The notes under the pieces are model-generated. The model ran no database searches and was not told where the DNA came from. It was given only the letters and a program-made list of their open reading frames with translations. Below, piece by piece: positions 37,277 to 50,269 of a stretch of 64,000 bases of DNA. This stretch comes from Rhizaria sp. SCN 62-66 (lineage: Eukaryota): assembly GCA_001724265.1 (NCBI GenBank), contig MEDY01000106.1:1-64000 (forward strand), written 5' to 3'. The position numbers and the translations under genes are program-made. Numbering within the stretch: the first letter of the stretch is position 1; every line of letters begins with the position of its first letter.

Positions 37277-40069
37277 TTAGCCGTCGCGGGCGTCGCCGAA
37301 GGTCTCGTCCTCGTCGTCGGCCTGCTGCTGCTTCACGGCCTCGGCCTTGCTGGCCTCGGACCGCATGCCGCTGACGATGGCGTCAATACGCAGCAGCAGC
37401 GCGGCGGCCTCGAGCGCAGTCTTGAGCGTCTGCGTCTTGACCAGGGCGGGCTCCCAAAGGTTCAGCGTCGTCATGTCCGTCATCGTGCCCAGGTTGCCGT
37501 CGAGTCCGAACGTGAACCCGGTGTCGATGCCGTCCGCGCCGATGATGTGCTTCGCGCGCAGCTCCGTGATGAGCCGGATCGTGTTGGCGCCGCAGTTCTC
37601 ACTGAGAGTGCGGGGGATCACCTCAAGCGCAGTCGCCACCTCGCGGTAGGGGCCCTGCTGCGCGCCGGAGACGGACTTGGCCTTCTTGGCCAGCGCGCAG
37701 GAAAGCGCCATCTCGGTCGCGCCGCCGCCGGGGACCACGCGCGGGTCCAGGATCACGTTGCGCGCCACGGCCATGGCGTCGTGCAGGTTGCGCTCGACCT
37801 CCTGTTTGGCGGACAAAAACGAGCAATTAGAGGGTTAAATGTGAGGGCATGTTAATAAAAATAAATGCAAACGTAGAAAATATAGCAAGGTTTTTTCGAA
37901 ATTAACTTTGCGTTCGAGAGTGCGTTATATCACCGGGTTTTCATGGAAAAACACAACTTTAAACCACAAGACTCAAGCGAACTTGAACCGATCAAATTAT
38001 TGATCACATTTTGATAATTTTCGTTAATTTCACAGTAACACGCAGTAAATGCGGTGCTATGATATGACGCACCTGGAGGACGTCCTTGGAGGCGCCGCGG
38101 AGCAGGATGGTGCACGCCTTGGGGTCCTTGCACTTGACGATGTAGGTGAAGTACTCGTCGCCGATCTTCTTGACCTCGAACAGCCCGCAGCCGGTGCCGA
38201 CATCCTCCTCCTTGAGGTCGCGCGGGTCGTTGGCGATCGTGGCGCCCGTGGCGCGCGCGATGCGGTTGTTGTCGGTCTTGCGGACGCGGCGGATGCACGT
38301 GATACCCGCCTTGTGGAGGTAGTGCGAGGAAAGCTCGGAGATGCCCTTCTCGGTGATGACCAGGTCGGGCTTCAGGGCGATGATGGCGTTGCACACGCCC
38401 TCAATGTACTCCTCCTCCTGCTTCAGGATGAGGTCCCAGTCCTCCTCCTTCATGATCTCGACCTGGGAGATGTGCAGACAGAAAACAACAAGACGAGAAA
38501 AAGATCAAAAATGAGATATGACAATATAGGTGACATCAACTTGGAAATAAATTACAGTATACTATAAATAGCAAGTAGAAACATCTATAAAACATGTTTT
38601 AGAGTTAAATGATCAAGATATAAACGGGTTCAAAGCTGATGTTTCAAGTGCGTACCTGGAGGGCGGACTCGGCCTTCTTGTACTCGAGGTTGCAGTCAAG
38701 CAGCACGATACGGGGGTTCTCAATGCGGCGGCGCATCTTGGAGTCAATGACGTCCTTGTTGAGCATGATACCGTCGATGACACGGGAGTTCTCCATGTAG
38801 TCACCGGGAATCTTCTCAACGCGCGCGTAACGCTTGAGGTCAATCTCGCGATGACCGCCATCGTTGGTCACCAGGACCGTCTTGACGGCGTCGATGGCAA
38901 GGTTCGAGATGAGGTCGCCGAAGCGGGCAGTGAACTTGGTGCCGAGGGTCGTGTTGACGATGTCGAGCAGGACCTGTGCAGAGAGAGGAGAGATCGAGAG
39001 AAAGCAAAGCGAATAGAGCGAGTCAAAGCAAAGCGGAGAGAGAGAAAGAGAACAAAAGAAGGGATTGTGAGTTTGAGTAAAAGTAAAATAGAAGAAAAAA
39101 TATAGTACTATACGTCGTTATATATCGTCAAGTTTCATAATATTTTAAACAAAGCACATCTCGTAGACCATCTATAAACCCAAACATGACAGCTGACTAG
39201 TCTAGGTTGTGCGAGTGCTGCGTACCTGGCGGTTGTCGAGGTCGAGCTCCTTGGTGTTGTTGTTGATAAACTCGAGCGCGTCGTCGAGCGCCTTGTAGTA
39301 GGCGGAGATGATGATGCGCGGGTGCATGTTGCGAACCAGGAAGGGCTCGGCGACCTTGAGCAGCTCGGCGGCGAGGATGATGACCGACGTGGTGCCGTCG
39401 CCGACCTCCTCGTCCTGCGTGCGCGACAGCTCGATCATGTTCTTGGCGGCCGGGTGCGAGACGTCAATCTCGCGCAGGATGGCGTTGCCGTCGTTGGTGA
39501 GGTTGATGCCGCCCACTGGGTCGAGGATCATCTTGAGCATCGCGCGCGGGCCAAGCGTCGTGCGGATGATGTCGGCCACGGCGCGCGCCGCGGCGATGTT
39601 GCTGAGCTGGGCCTTGCGGCCGTGCTCACGCTGCGTGTTGGAGTCTGGGCGAAACAAGACACAAAACATGGGATGGAAAGAATTAGAGAGAGTGGGAGTC
39701 ATGGAAAAGCAGGAGATAGCTTAAGAAGTGTGGTGGGTACCGGCTGGGCAACGGCTGGGTTGAGGCTGCGCGAGTCGAATTTGAATCGAATAATACACCC
39801 ACAGTCCACGTCAGAATAGTCTAATATAGCGTCTTATGGTGCATTATGCAGTGTTTAATGCAAAGATGAAAATATACTTGCTATATCCGCACGCGGGGAC
39901 GCAGACCGGGGCAGATTAGTGCGCTCGCGAGCGCCACACGCTAACAGAACCTTCCCGGCGAGCGAGGAACTAAGATGGCGCAAGGGCGTCGCAAACAAGG
40001 GCAAGGAAGAAAAAGAATATCGGACGTACTCAACACGAGCATGGGAACTTGTCCACCGCCCGGCATCAT
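37277..40069 (-). CDS. CCT3: T-complex protein 1 subunit gamma
   Basis: Exons 40069-40030, 39644-39226, 38973-38656, 38462-38073, 37801-37277. Motifs RTTLGPRAMLKM, TNDGNAILREI, DEEVGDGTTSV, EIDLKRYARVEKIPG and EVERNLHDAM. Ends in TAA. Confidence 0.97.
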
Positions 40070-41319
40070 TCTGGTCAGAGTCTGTAGAGAGGCTGTACAC
40101 CAGGAAGAGACAACGTTTCTCACATCCTCTCACCGTCCTCTCTGCCCGACCGCTCGGGGCTCGTTTGAATTTTGCGGCTTACCTTTCGACCCATCGCGAC
40201 TGTGAGCAACCGCTCTCTACGAATGTTGACCCTGCTTTCCTCTTTTTTATCGACTGCTTTCATGTTTTTTGCCTTTGTTTAAGGTAGAAACCTAGTTTAA
40301 TATTATTTCTCTAAATTTGTAGCGCGAGATGAGTGCATATAGACTTGGACCTATGCCTTACAGTCAACGGGGGCTTCTAACGTCAATATTTTTCGATGCT
40401 TGCGCTTAGCAAGCACTGTCTTAGCATTTTTTTTCTTGAGAGATACTTCAAATATATTATGTTAAACTGGCGTTTGTCTGCTAGTCATATATTTTTGTAG
40501 CTACCTCAGCTTATTTTATGCTTCAAACCTCTGATTAAATGTCTCATCGTGTCAAGTCAGTTCTATCTTAGGCTACTTTGAGGCAGCATAATGTCATATA
40601 TAGTCGAACATAACACTATTTTAGTATAAAATGTTACTGATTTGTGCGCTTAGTAATATTTATAACCCCGCTGACGTTTGTTATGATGCTCTATAGCTGC
40701 CTCACATTTTAGTCCAATCTGAAGATTTTGCGCATACACACGCCTACTTAACATATCTACCAAAAACGCACTATCGCTTAATAAATTTGTGTTTCTATAT
40801 GAAGAATATAAAGCTCATATTCACAAAAACGCTACTCTCACGGAGATACACTTGTTAAAGTGCGAGCGGCTAGACTTACAGCGGCCTTTTTTGGGAACCC
40901 CGTCTAACCGGCTGATCGACCGAAGCAGCCCGCAGACCGACAGGCGGACCGAGGTCGAACTTAGAGAAGGTGTAGCGGCCTCTACCTTGCGTTTCAAAAC
41001 AAACGGTGAAATTATAGTATGAGAGTGTATGCTGTTTGATTACTCTGCTAACTTCATGGCTATTCAACGGAGTCTGACCCCGCGCAGCCGTACTCTTCGC
41101 TCACCGTTGACCGACCGCACTGTGCAACGTAGTCGCCCGCTCGCAAACAAACCAACACGCCTCTACTACTCCTGTCTCCGCATGATTCCGCCTTCACGTG
41201 CTTTATCTCTCTAGTTATTTTATGAACGCTGTGATATCAAAGACGTACCACCTGTCTCATGCATCCCTGTTAACCATTTTCACGTCACTAACACACATTC
41301 TCTTGCTCTTGTGATGTTT

Positions 41320-41351
<32 letters not shown>

Positions 41352-41371
41352 GACGACAAGAGCAGCTAGCC

Positions 41372-42226
41372 ATGCTTACTCGCGTCCCCCGCGTGGCCCT
41401 CTCCCGCGCCACTTCGGCCGTCTCCGCCGCGGTCCTCTCCGTCCCCTCCCGCTCCTTCGGCGTGCGTGACCCCTACGCCGAGCTGGACACGACCGAGGCC
41501 GACCAGGACAAGATCAAGTCGTTCCTGTCCTCGATCAAGCTCGCAGAGCACGCCGACAAGTTTAAGTCGTGGGAGCACCTCGTCGTCTCCCCCAGCCACA
41601 CGCTCAAGCACCACATGCAGATGAACGTGCGCGACCGCAAGAAGCTGCGCCGCAACGTGCACAACTGGCGTCTCACCCAGTTCTACGCCACGGGCAACCC
41701 CTACGTGCCGGCCGGGCCCGACGGGCTCGGGCTGCGCAGCAAGTTCGAGAACGCCAACGACGCTAAGCTCTCGTCCTCCGAGGAGGAGATCAACGTGCTG
41801 TTGCCCATGGAGACGCAGATCGGCTTCTTCACCGCGTCTAAGCACTACCCTGGTACCCGCGCCCGCAAGGGAACTACCATTGTCATCGACAACTCTCCCG
41901 CTGCCGCCGCCGCCGACGCCGACGCCGCCGCCGCCGAGGGCGCTGAGGCTGAGGTGGACTCGCTCATGACCGGTGTCCTCCCAGACAACTCCAACAAGGC
42001 CTCATCCTCGTCCGTGGCCGGGGCACTGGCCGGCGGGGCCGGGCTGCTGGGCGGGGACGCCTTCGGCTCGCGTGCGCGCCAGACCAAGCTCGAGGCCGCC
42101 AAGGCCGAGGCCAACGCCGCAGCGGGCCTGGGCGACAACGGGCCCGCCGTGCCCGGCAGCGCCGCGCTCGATGCGCTGGAGCTGCACCGCAAGCTCGTCG
42201 GCCGCGCCGGCCGCGTCGTCGCGTGA
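41372..42226 (+). CDS. mitochondrial small-subunit ribosomal protein mS41 (Fyv4/IGR SAM-like domain) with a C-terminal extension
   Basis: Arg/Ser/Ala-rich presequence-like N-terminus (MLTRVPRVALSRATSAVS..SRSF). Segment IKSFLSSIKLAEHADKFKSWEHLV..LK..MNVRDRKKLRRNVHNWR resembles the IGR domain. Ends in TGA. Confidence 0.65.
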   Translation: MLTRVPRVALSRATSAVSAAVLSVPSRSFGVRDPYAELDTTEADQDKIKSFLSSIKLAEHADKFKSWEHLVVSPSHTLKHHMQMNVRDRKKLRRNVHNWRLTQFYATGNPYVPAGPDGLGLRSKFENANDAKLSSSEEEINVLLPMETQIGFFTASKHYPGTRARKGTTIVIDNSPAAAAADADAAAAEGAEAEVDSLMTGVLPDNSNKASSSSVAGALAGGAGLLGGDAFGSRARQTKLEAAKAEANAAAGLGDNGPAVPGSAALDALELHRKLVGRAGRVVA

Positions 42227-42700
42227 GAGAAAACGCCGATAGCCGCGGTGAGATGAGCGCGAGGGAGAAGGAATAATATTATAGCGGTGGTGATAAAGCG
42301 GTGGTGATAAAGTGGTGCTTTTCACTGGTGTCGAGTGACATCGTTGTCTTGTGGAGAGTTACAGGAAGCTAGTTTGCTCTTCTTCAAGTTCAAGTTATTC
42401 AAGTTAAAGAGGGCCGGAGTTGTGTGTGTGTATACTTGGCTTTGTTTTGTTTCAGATCAAGCTAAGGGAATATTTAAAATAGATAGTATTTGACAAGTAA
42501 TACTCGAAAATAAAACTTTTATATCATTTAAACACCTTCTAGGTCCATCTGATCCTCATGTTTGAACTCGACAGAGCGTTTGTGGTTGGAGAAAGCAGCC
42601 GCCCCATCCATCGATCCATCCAGCGAGTTGAAACGCGGTTTTTCATCCGAGATTTTTGCGTCTTCTTGACCGTCGTTGTGCGTCAAAACTTGGTGCCGAA

Positions 42701-44228
42701 ATGTCTGCTTTTCCATACAACGCAACTGCTATCTCCGATTTCGACCCAGTCGAGCGCACGGAGCTGCGTCTTCGCAAGGGCGACCGCGTGCTGGTGACGG
42801 CTGCGACCAACTCCGAGTGGGCCAACGTCCGCCTACTCGGCAGCAACAACGCCGGCTGGGTCCCGTTTAGCCACCTGCGCCCCGACGCCGGCGTTGCCAC
42901 CCCCGCCATCCCTTCTCCTCCGGTGCAGCAGCGGCCTCCTCCTCAGCAGCAGCCGCCTCAGCAGTACGCGGGATACGGCTACCCCCAGCAGCCCGCCGCT
43001 CACGGCGGCTTCGCGCCCGCCACCGTGGCCAGCGCCGCCGCCGCACCCTACGCCGCCACCAACGCGCCCGGCGGCTATTACCAGCAGCCGCCCTCAGCCA
43101 CCTGCGCGACTCAGTTCAACAACAACAATAGTGTTGGCGGCTACGCTTCCCAGCCTCCCCCCGCTTGTACCCCTGCCGCCGCCACCGGGGGCAGCGGCAA
43201 CTACAACGGAGCCGCGACAGGCGGCTACGACGCCTCGTGCCCGCCCCCGCCGCCGGCTTACCAGTCCAACGACGCCAACTCCACGGGTGGTGCATATGGG
43301 CCCCCGCCGCCGCAGTATTACACCGGCCAGGGATACCAGGTACGAGACAACACTTTATCGTCATATACGAGTATATCTCCGCCAAATCGCACTCCAGTAC
43401 AAATTCATCTCAGTTACAGTTACGAGCCGTGTTATCAGAAACGTGAATATCTATTGAATTAGCTAGTTTTGTATCTAACAGAAAACGTCTTTTTTGTTGA
43501 ATGTCACGTTTTGTTTCTCTCACGACGCAGGCCGGCGGCTACAATGCGCCCTACCAGCAGCCTTAGCAACAGCAGCAACCGCTGCCGCAGTCGCAGTCTT
43601 ACCAGCAGCAGTACCCGCAGTACCCCCAGCAGTACCCTGCCCCGCAGCAGCAGCCTCAGCAGCAGCAGTACCAGCAGCAGCAGTATTACCAGCAGCAGCC
43701 GCAGCAGCAGGCAGTTCTGATCCCGGTCCCTGTCCCAGTTGTCGCCACCAATGGAGGCAGCTACCCCTCTGCCGGCGGGCCCCGCGGCGGCCGCTACGGG
43801 CCCCCGCCTTCTCATCATGGCCACGGCCACGGCTACCCAGGCTCCCGCGGCTTCTTCTGCCGCTCGTGCGGCGAAGGATACAACGTGCCTGGCGGCGCCT
43901 CCTCGTGGCGCTGCAAGCGCTGGTACGTTCAGCCTACTATTGCAACTGCTCGCAAAACGTGATGACTTGAAATTCTAATTATACAATTCCAATGAGATTT
44001 TGTCGGTGAAACATGCTTTGACGAATGATATTCTATGACAGATTGGTATTGATATATCGATTATTTTGAAGTTGAAAGTTTATTAGATCACTGTTCATGT
44101 GATATTTCATGTTTCATGGTAATTCTAAAAGCTTAAGTGTTTATCTTTGTGTTGCATTCTCTTCATTTGCTTATTTCCACAGTGGCACGATGAACTCTCT
44201 TGGCGGTGATCAGTGTATCGTGATGTGA
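42701..44228 (+). CDS. SH3-domain protein with Pro/Gln/Tyr-rich linker, C4 zinc ribbon and C-terminal CaaX box
   Basis: Exons 42701-43339, 43531-43922, 44183-44228. SH3 motif AISDFDPVERTELRLRKGDRV..EW..GWVPFSHL. C-terminus FCRSCGEGYNVPGGASSWRCKRCGTMN..CIVM-TGA. In-frame TAG at 43564-43566. Confidence 0.85.
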
Positions 44229-46215
44229 TGTAAGGGGGTACTTACACCTCAGTACTAAGGTTTTACTTGCACAGGGACGTGTGTGAGAAATAACAAACGC
44301 TCACGGCGACGGTCTCTGCCCACATCAATACTTGCAGCAAGAGTCTCAATCGCACGTAATCGCAGCACATTTACGCACTTGCACTCACTGCCATTGTCTT
44401 GTTCAGCCACAATCACCGTTGCAGTTGCAGTCGCAATTGCAATCGCAACGGAAGCAGCAATGACCGCGTTTGCACTCGCACTTAGCACAATCACCAGCAC
44501 TTTGGTCCGTATTAGCCGCACTGAATAGAATAGAATAGAATCGGAAATATGAAAATGAGTTACCGTGATAACAACAACGAACAAAGTAGATACGTAACAG
44601 CAATCATCACAAATGATGTTTTGACTTTCATCGGGCCAATACTTGCCTTTTTTAGTGTCTTTAAGCGACAAATTACGCTTCATGAATATCAGAATACAAA
44701 CTGGACACTTTTGTCAATGATTTGTAGAGACTCATGTTGCGACTACGTCGTCTAGTACGCATCACTCATTGTTGTTCGCTAGATTCGTGAATATATATCC
44801 ATGATGTACATCAATGTGAGTGTATTATGAACTAATTACGCGACGTCGCAGTAATACTGTATCAGGATTGTTGTAGATTTTGAAGTTGCATCATATTTTG
44901 CATTGAGAAGTGACAAGCACAAAACAGGAACGAACATAAGTTGTGATCGGAAAGGCTAGGTATAGATAATTACGCGTGTACGTGTGACAAGTGTTACGGA
45001 CACACATGTAATAGAAAGTATTCAGTAAGGAAGTTATTTGTAGATTGTACAATAGCATGAGACACTCCAAATCATTCACGATGTGTTTAACGCTAGACGT
45101 GCTTAGCGCTTACAACACATCTTTGCTGACTTGCAGTTTCGGCTCACAGCAGTATGATGATGAGAAAGCAACTATAGTGTCGTTGATTGTTTGATGATGG
45201 TAAGTATCAACGCCCCACAGCTGCTCACACTTGCTTCAAGACTTTAACACAGGTAGCTTACACGTAATCAATACGGACTCTTGCGCTTAGATACTTAGAC
45301 AACTTGAAAAGCCGAATAAGAAGAAGAAGCGCAAAAGTGTAAGGACCAAAGATGAAGTTCAAAAAGTTCACACTGTTCACAGTTAATTAGGTTACTATTT
45401 ACAAAGGATACACCAACTTACTTGAAACGAACGGGGAAAATCTAAGTAGGAATGAAAACTAACTTTAAACCGAGCAACTTATGCCGCGTACATGATGCTA
45501 TTACGGGGGAATATACACTGAGGGAACACTGCAGAGCGTTCTGACAATGAAAAAGTGACTATGGGATGATACGATATGACAGATACAATCCAGGAGTACG
45601 AGTAACATAGAGAAAGAAAGGAAAAAAAGGACGCACTAGTCGTTTTACCTACTGTGATTAAACAACAATACGCGGTGAAAAAAAAAGGGTAAACAATCGT
45701 CGATGAATTGATAAACCATAAACATGTGAAATGATAACATGAAAGTAACTATTATGGTAGCTAGAATTCGTAGTAGAAAGAAAGAATGAAAAAACAACAT
45801 GGAGAAGAAAAAACTAGGATAAAACCAATTGATATCTTTCCGAAAGAAGAAAATATCACAGAAAATGCAAATATACAGAAAGAAAGTATAAAACTACACA
45901 AATATAAGAAGATATAAACATCAAGTTGAACACAAAGCTAAGATACGTACGATAAGAGACCTAAAACAAAAAAGATACACAATGATGAAAGTGCAAAATG
46001 CGAAGAAAAATCACAAAAACATATGAAACTTCACAAAGAGAACAATTCATTTTACATGTTTGCTTGTTTGTTTGCTCATTTGTTTGTCCCGAGAGTGCCG
46101 AGAGTCCTATTCACGACAACTTTGCCTCACTAAATCTCACACACTGCTCAAAAAAAGTGGAACAACAAAGTCCGGACTTACGACAACGCATGAAACAACA
46201 ACACCTTCACATTCC

Positions 46216-49200
46216 TTACTCCTCGTCCTCAGCCTCATCGTCGTCGCCGTCCTCGCCGGCCTCGGCCTTGACCGCAGCCACGCCCGCGAGCGCGGCGGCC
46301 ACGATGGCCTCCTTGGCCGCCGCCTCAGCTGCGGCCAGGGACCGGCGCCGCTCCCGCTCCGCCTTCATTTCCTCGCGCTCGCGCCTCATGTCCTCGTCGC
46401 TGAGGCCGCCCCACATGCCCGGGACGGCGATGCCGGGCGCCGCGGCCAGAGAAGAGCGCTTTTTGAGCGACGGCGCGGCCGACACGGTGCCGGTGCGGCG
46501 CCGGGGGCTGGCGCTGGGGTGACCCGCACTTGCAGTGGCAGCAGCAGAGCTAGAGCTGGAGCTGGAGCTAGAGCTGGAGCTGTGAGCGTGGGAGTTTGAG
46601 TTTGCGTTGGCGTTTGTGGTGACGCTGGTGCGGCGCGAGAGGGCCAGCGGAGACCGCGCGTTGCTAACGCCGCTCTGCGCCGGGGGCGACTGGGACTTAG
46701 GCGTCTGGTGGTTACCATGTGCAGCCGTCGTCACAGTCGCGTTGCTGCTGCCGAGACTGCTGCTGCTGCTGCTGCTGGGAGGGTGGGGCTGCTTGCCGGG
46801 GGTCGCGTGGAGGTCGCCGACGCTGCTGTTGTTGCTGTGGCCGTTAGCCGCGACGGCCAGGGACACGGTGGAGCGGCGGCGGCGGGGGCCATAGTCCGGA
46901 GCCAGTGTCATCGGCCCAGAGCCGGCGCCGGCGCCGGAGCCGGAGCCAGAGCCAGAGTTGGAGCTTGACTTGGAACCGGCAGTCGCAGGCGCAACAGTAG
47001 CAGCAGCAGGAGCAGCGGCAGCGGCAGTGGCGGTGGGATTCGCGTGGCTGCCGCTGCCGCTGCCGCTGCCGCTGCTGCGGTTGCTAGCCGTGCTGCCGCT
47101 CTTGACCAGTGCAGGCGCGACAGTGTCGGTGTTCTTGTCGTCGCAATTGTTCTCATCGGCCTCGCCCGCGGCGGCCGCAGCAGCAGCGGCGGCCGCGGCG
47201 GCGAGCGCGAGCGACTGCCTCCGCGCGCTGTGGATCGGGTGGAAGTGCTTTCCACCGCTGCTCACACCGGTCGGCGACCCGGGCCCCGCATCCTTACTAT
47301 GGCCGCCAGTGCCGCTGGTGCTGTTATTGGCGCTCGGGGACGTGATGGGCTTTTTGCCCATCTGCGCGCGCAGGCTCGACTGGTGGGCGGACGTGTTGTA
47401 GAACTCCATAAACGCGTCCTTGAAGCGCGGGGTGGTGTTGGAGGTCGACCCTCTGCGGGACAGCGACGGGGAGCCCACAGCCGTAGTCGCAGGCGCAGTT
47501 CCCGTCGTGGCAGTAGCCGCCGCAGGACTAGCAGTGTGAGCGTTGGCGTTGATATCGCTCGTGCCGTTGGTGTTGTTGTTATTATTGTTAGCGCTTGTGC
47601 CAGCGACTGGCGAGGCCGGCGGCATCGGCATAGGCGCAGGCAGCGACACAGACTGCGACTGCTGCTGAGGCTTCGGCTGCTGCGACGACTGCGGCGACTG
47701 CGGCTGCGGCGAGTGCGGCAGCGACTGCAAGTCAGAAGCAGACATTGCATTGGCGCCGGCGTCCGCCACCGACGCGGCGGCAGTCGCGGTGTGGGCGTGG
47801 GCGTTGCTGTCGCTGGTGCTTACATGCCCGACGATCGCGCTGTTATGCGGCTTAACATCGCTGTCGCTGCGCGTGAGGCTCTTGTTAGCGTCTGCACTAG
47901 CGTTGTTGTTACCGCCGTTGGTGCCATTGTTGATGGAGTGTGCGTCGATGGGGGGCGTGGCAACCGGCTCAACTTCGCCCCCACTGCCCGCAAAGCTCTG
48001 CCGACTCTCAGCAGCGCTGTCGCCGCCGCCGTGGCCGTGGCCACCGCTGCTGTTGCTGTGCTGGTGGTGCGCGTGTTGCGACGGCGGCAGCGACAGCACG
48101 TCAGGCGTTTGCGAGCTCACGGTCGACGTCACGATCGCAGACGCGGGCTGCTTGCCAACAGCTCCCGACCCAGCACCAGCTCTCGCACTGGCGCTGGCAT
48201 CGGCATTGGTGGCGTTGGTGGGCGAGCTGTTGTTGTGGGTGCTGCTCGCGTTGGAGTCACTCCCGTGCGCGTTGTTAGAATTGTTGTTGTTGTTAATGCC
48301 AGCCTTGTTTTTAAGCGGCGACACAAAGTGCATTTCCGACTGAGACCGGCCCTGAGCGCGAGGTGAAAGTGAAACGCCGTGAATGCCCGCACCAGCACCA
48401 GTGCCCAGAACGGGGGAGGCGGCTTGACTTTGAGGCAGCACGGACACCACCACGGTCGACGCAGGCGCAGGCAGAGCACTCGCAGTGTTTGCGGAGCCCG
48501 CGGCGGGCGTGGCGGTGACGGCGGCTTGACTTCCGTCCTCGGACGCGGCGGAGAAGGCGCGCGCAATGGGGTTCTGGTACCCACCGCGGGTTTCCCGCGT
48601 GAAGTCCTGGCTCGGGGTCGCTTTGTGGCCGCGGGAGCTGCCGGCCTGGTTACTATAGGGCATCGGGAGGTTCGAGTCTGATGAGTCGACCGAGTGCGCG
48701 GGCCGCACCGGCACCGTGTCCACCGTGACGGTCGCGTTGCTGTTGGCGGCGTCGACGGTGACCGAGACCGAGGCGTCGCCGTTCGGGGACAGCGACATGG
48801 CTCGGAGGCCGCGCGGGGAGGCCAACGACAGGCCGCCGCCGCCGCTAGTATTATTGTTGCCGCTATGGTGGTGGTTGTGCTTGGGCACCGTCGCAGTGCT
48901 GTGTGGCGACATCAATCCGTGACCGTGAGCGTCACGTGTTCCGTTCTCGTCGTTGTTGTCGTACCGGTCGCCGCTCTCAGCACGCGCGGCGTCGTCGTCG
49001 CTGTCGCTACCATCACCGTCGCCGTCGCCGCTGCCGCTGCGATTCTCATCGTTGTCATTGGCAGTGCTATCTGCAGTGCTCTTGGTAGCAGCAGCGGCGG
49101 CGGCGGAGGCGGCGGCGGCGGTCGTGTCCGTGTCGCTGTCCTTGCGGGAGGAGACTCTCGCAGGATTAGCATTCGCAGCGCCATTGTTGTTATTGCTATT

Positions 49201-50238
49201 GCGAATGCTAGAGCTCGATGGAGGGAAGAAAGCGCCGCGTCCATTGCCCGCGCTCACGCTGGAACCCGTGGGGTTACTCGTGGGGTGACCCGTGGCGGCG
49301 TGAGACGGCGACGAGGGCGACGCAATCGACCGGCTAGAGCTGCTGCTGCTGCTGCTGCCGCTGCTGCTGTTGCTACCATTGGCGGCGGCAGCGGCGGCAG
49401 CGGCAGTGACGGCGATGCTATCATGCACCGAGAGACTGTAGTGCCGCCCCTTGACCGGAGCGGGGAAACCGACCCCCGCCGCCGCCCCCGCCCCTGTACC
49501 ATGGGCGGCGTTCACGTTGGCCGCCTTGGCGACGGCGCCGGGGGGGAACGCGCTGCCGTGGGCCGCGCTGATCGTGTTGCTATTGGCCAGCACGGCCGCG
49601 GGCGTGCTGTTCGAGGGCGACCCGGGGGGATTGGGCTGGAAAGCGAGTGCGAAGGCGTTGCCACTGCCGCTGTGGAGCTGCGATTGTGGTCGCGCCTGCA
49701 GGGGGGGAGTTGTGGGGGTCTGCTGAGTCAGCCCCGAGCTCTGACTCGGGTTAGCCTGGGAAGCCTGATTCGACTGCGCCTGAGCCTGAGTGGGATTACT
49801 CTGGCTCTGGTTCTGGCTTTGGCTGGGGTTGCTCCGAGGCCGGAAGGGGCTCGACCCAGTCACCTGGGCACTCGCGTGGAGCGGCACTGCGAGCCCCGCC
49901 GCGTTACTATGGCCCGCACTCGCATTCGCACTCGCGTCAGTGCCGGCAGGCGCAGGCGCAGTCGAAGCCGTCTCGGGCTTTTTGTTGTCATCGTCGTCTT
50001 GCTCAAGCTGAATCATCTCAGCGATGGACAGAGTCTTGGTGAACAGCATGGCGTTGTCTTCGTCATGATTCACCATTGTGGCCGAGTTCAGCGACTGTGA
50101 GCCCCCCACGCCAAACCCGGGAGCCTTCTTAGCCTTGGCAGAAGGATTGCTCTCGTCGTCGGAGTCGAACGTTGAACGCGCACCGTCGACGCCGTTACCG
50201 ACGACGCCGCCGCCGCCGCCGTTGCCGCCGCCATTGGC

Positions 50239-50269
<31 letters not shown>

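Noticed and set aside
19560-43566. Ciliate-type UAR=Gln code, or pyrrolysine/selenocysteine insertion
   Set aside because: TAA ends conserved genes at the expected positions (GDI, CCT3, V-ATPase G). The TAGs lie in low-complexity tracts, not catalytic sites, and there is no internal TGA.
44230-46215. 2-kb AT-rich gap with short ORFs
   Set aside because: Convergent 3' UTR/intergenic DNA. No credible coding, repeat or RNA structure was seen apart from the word at 44231.
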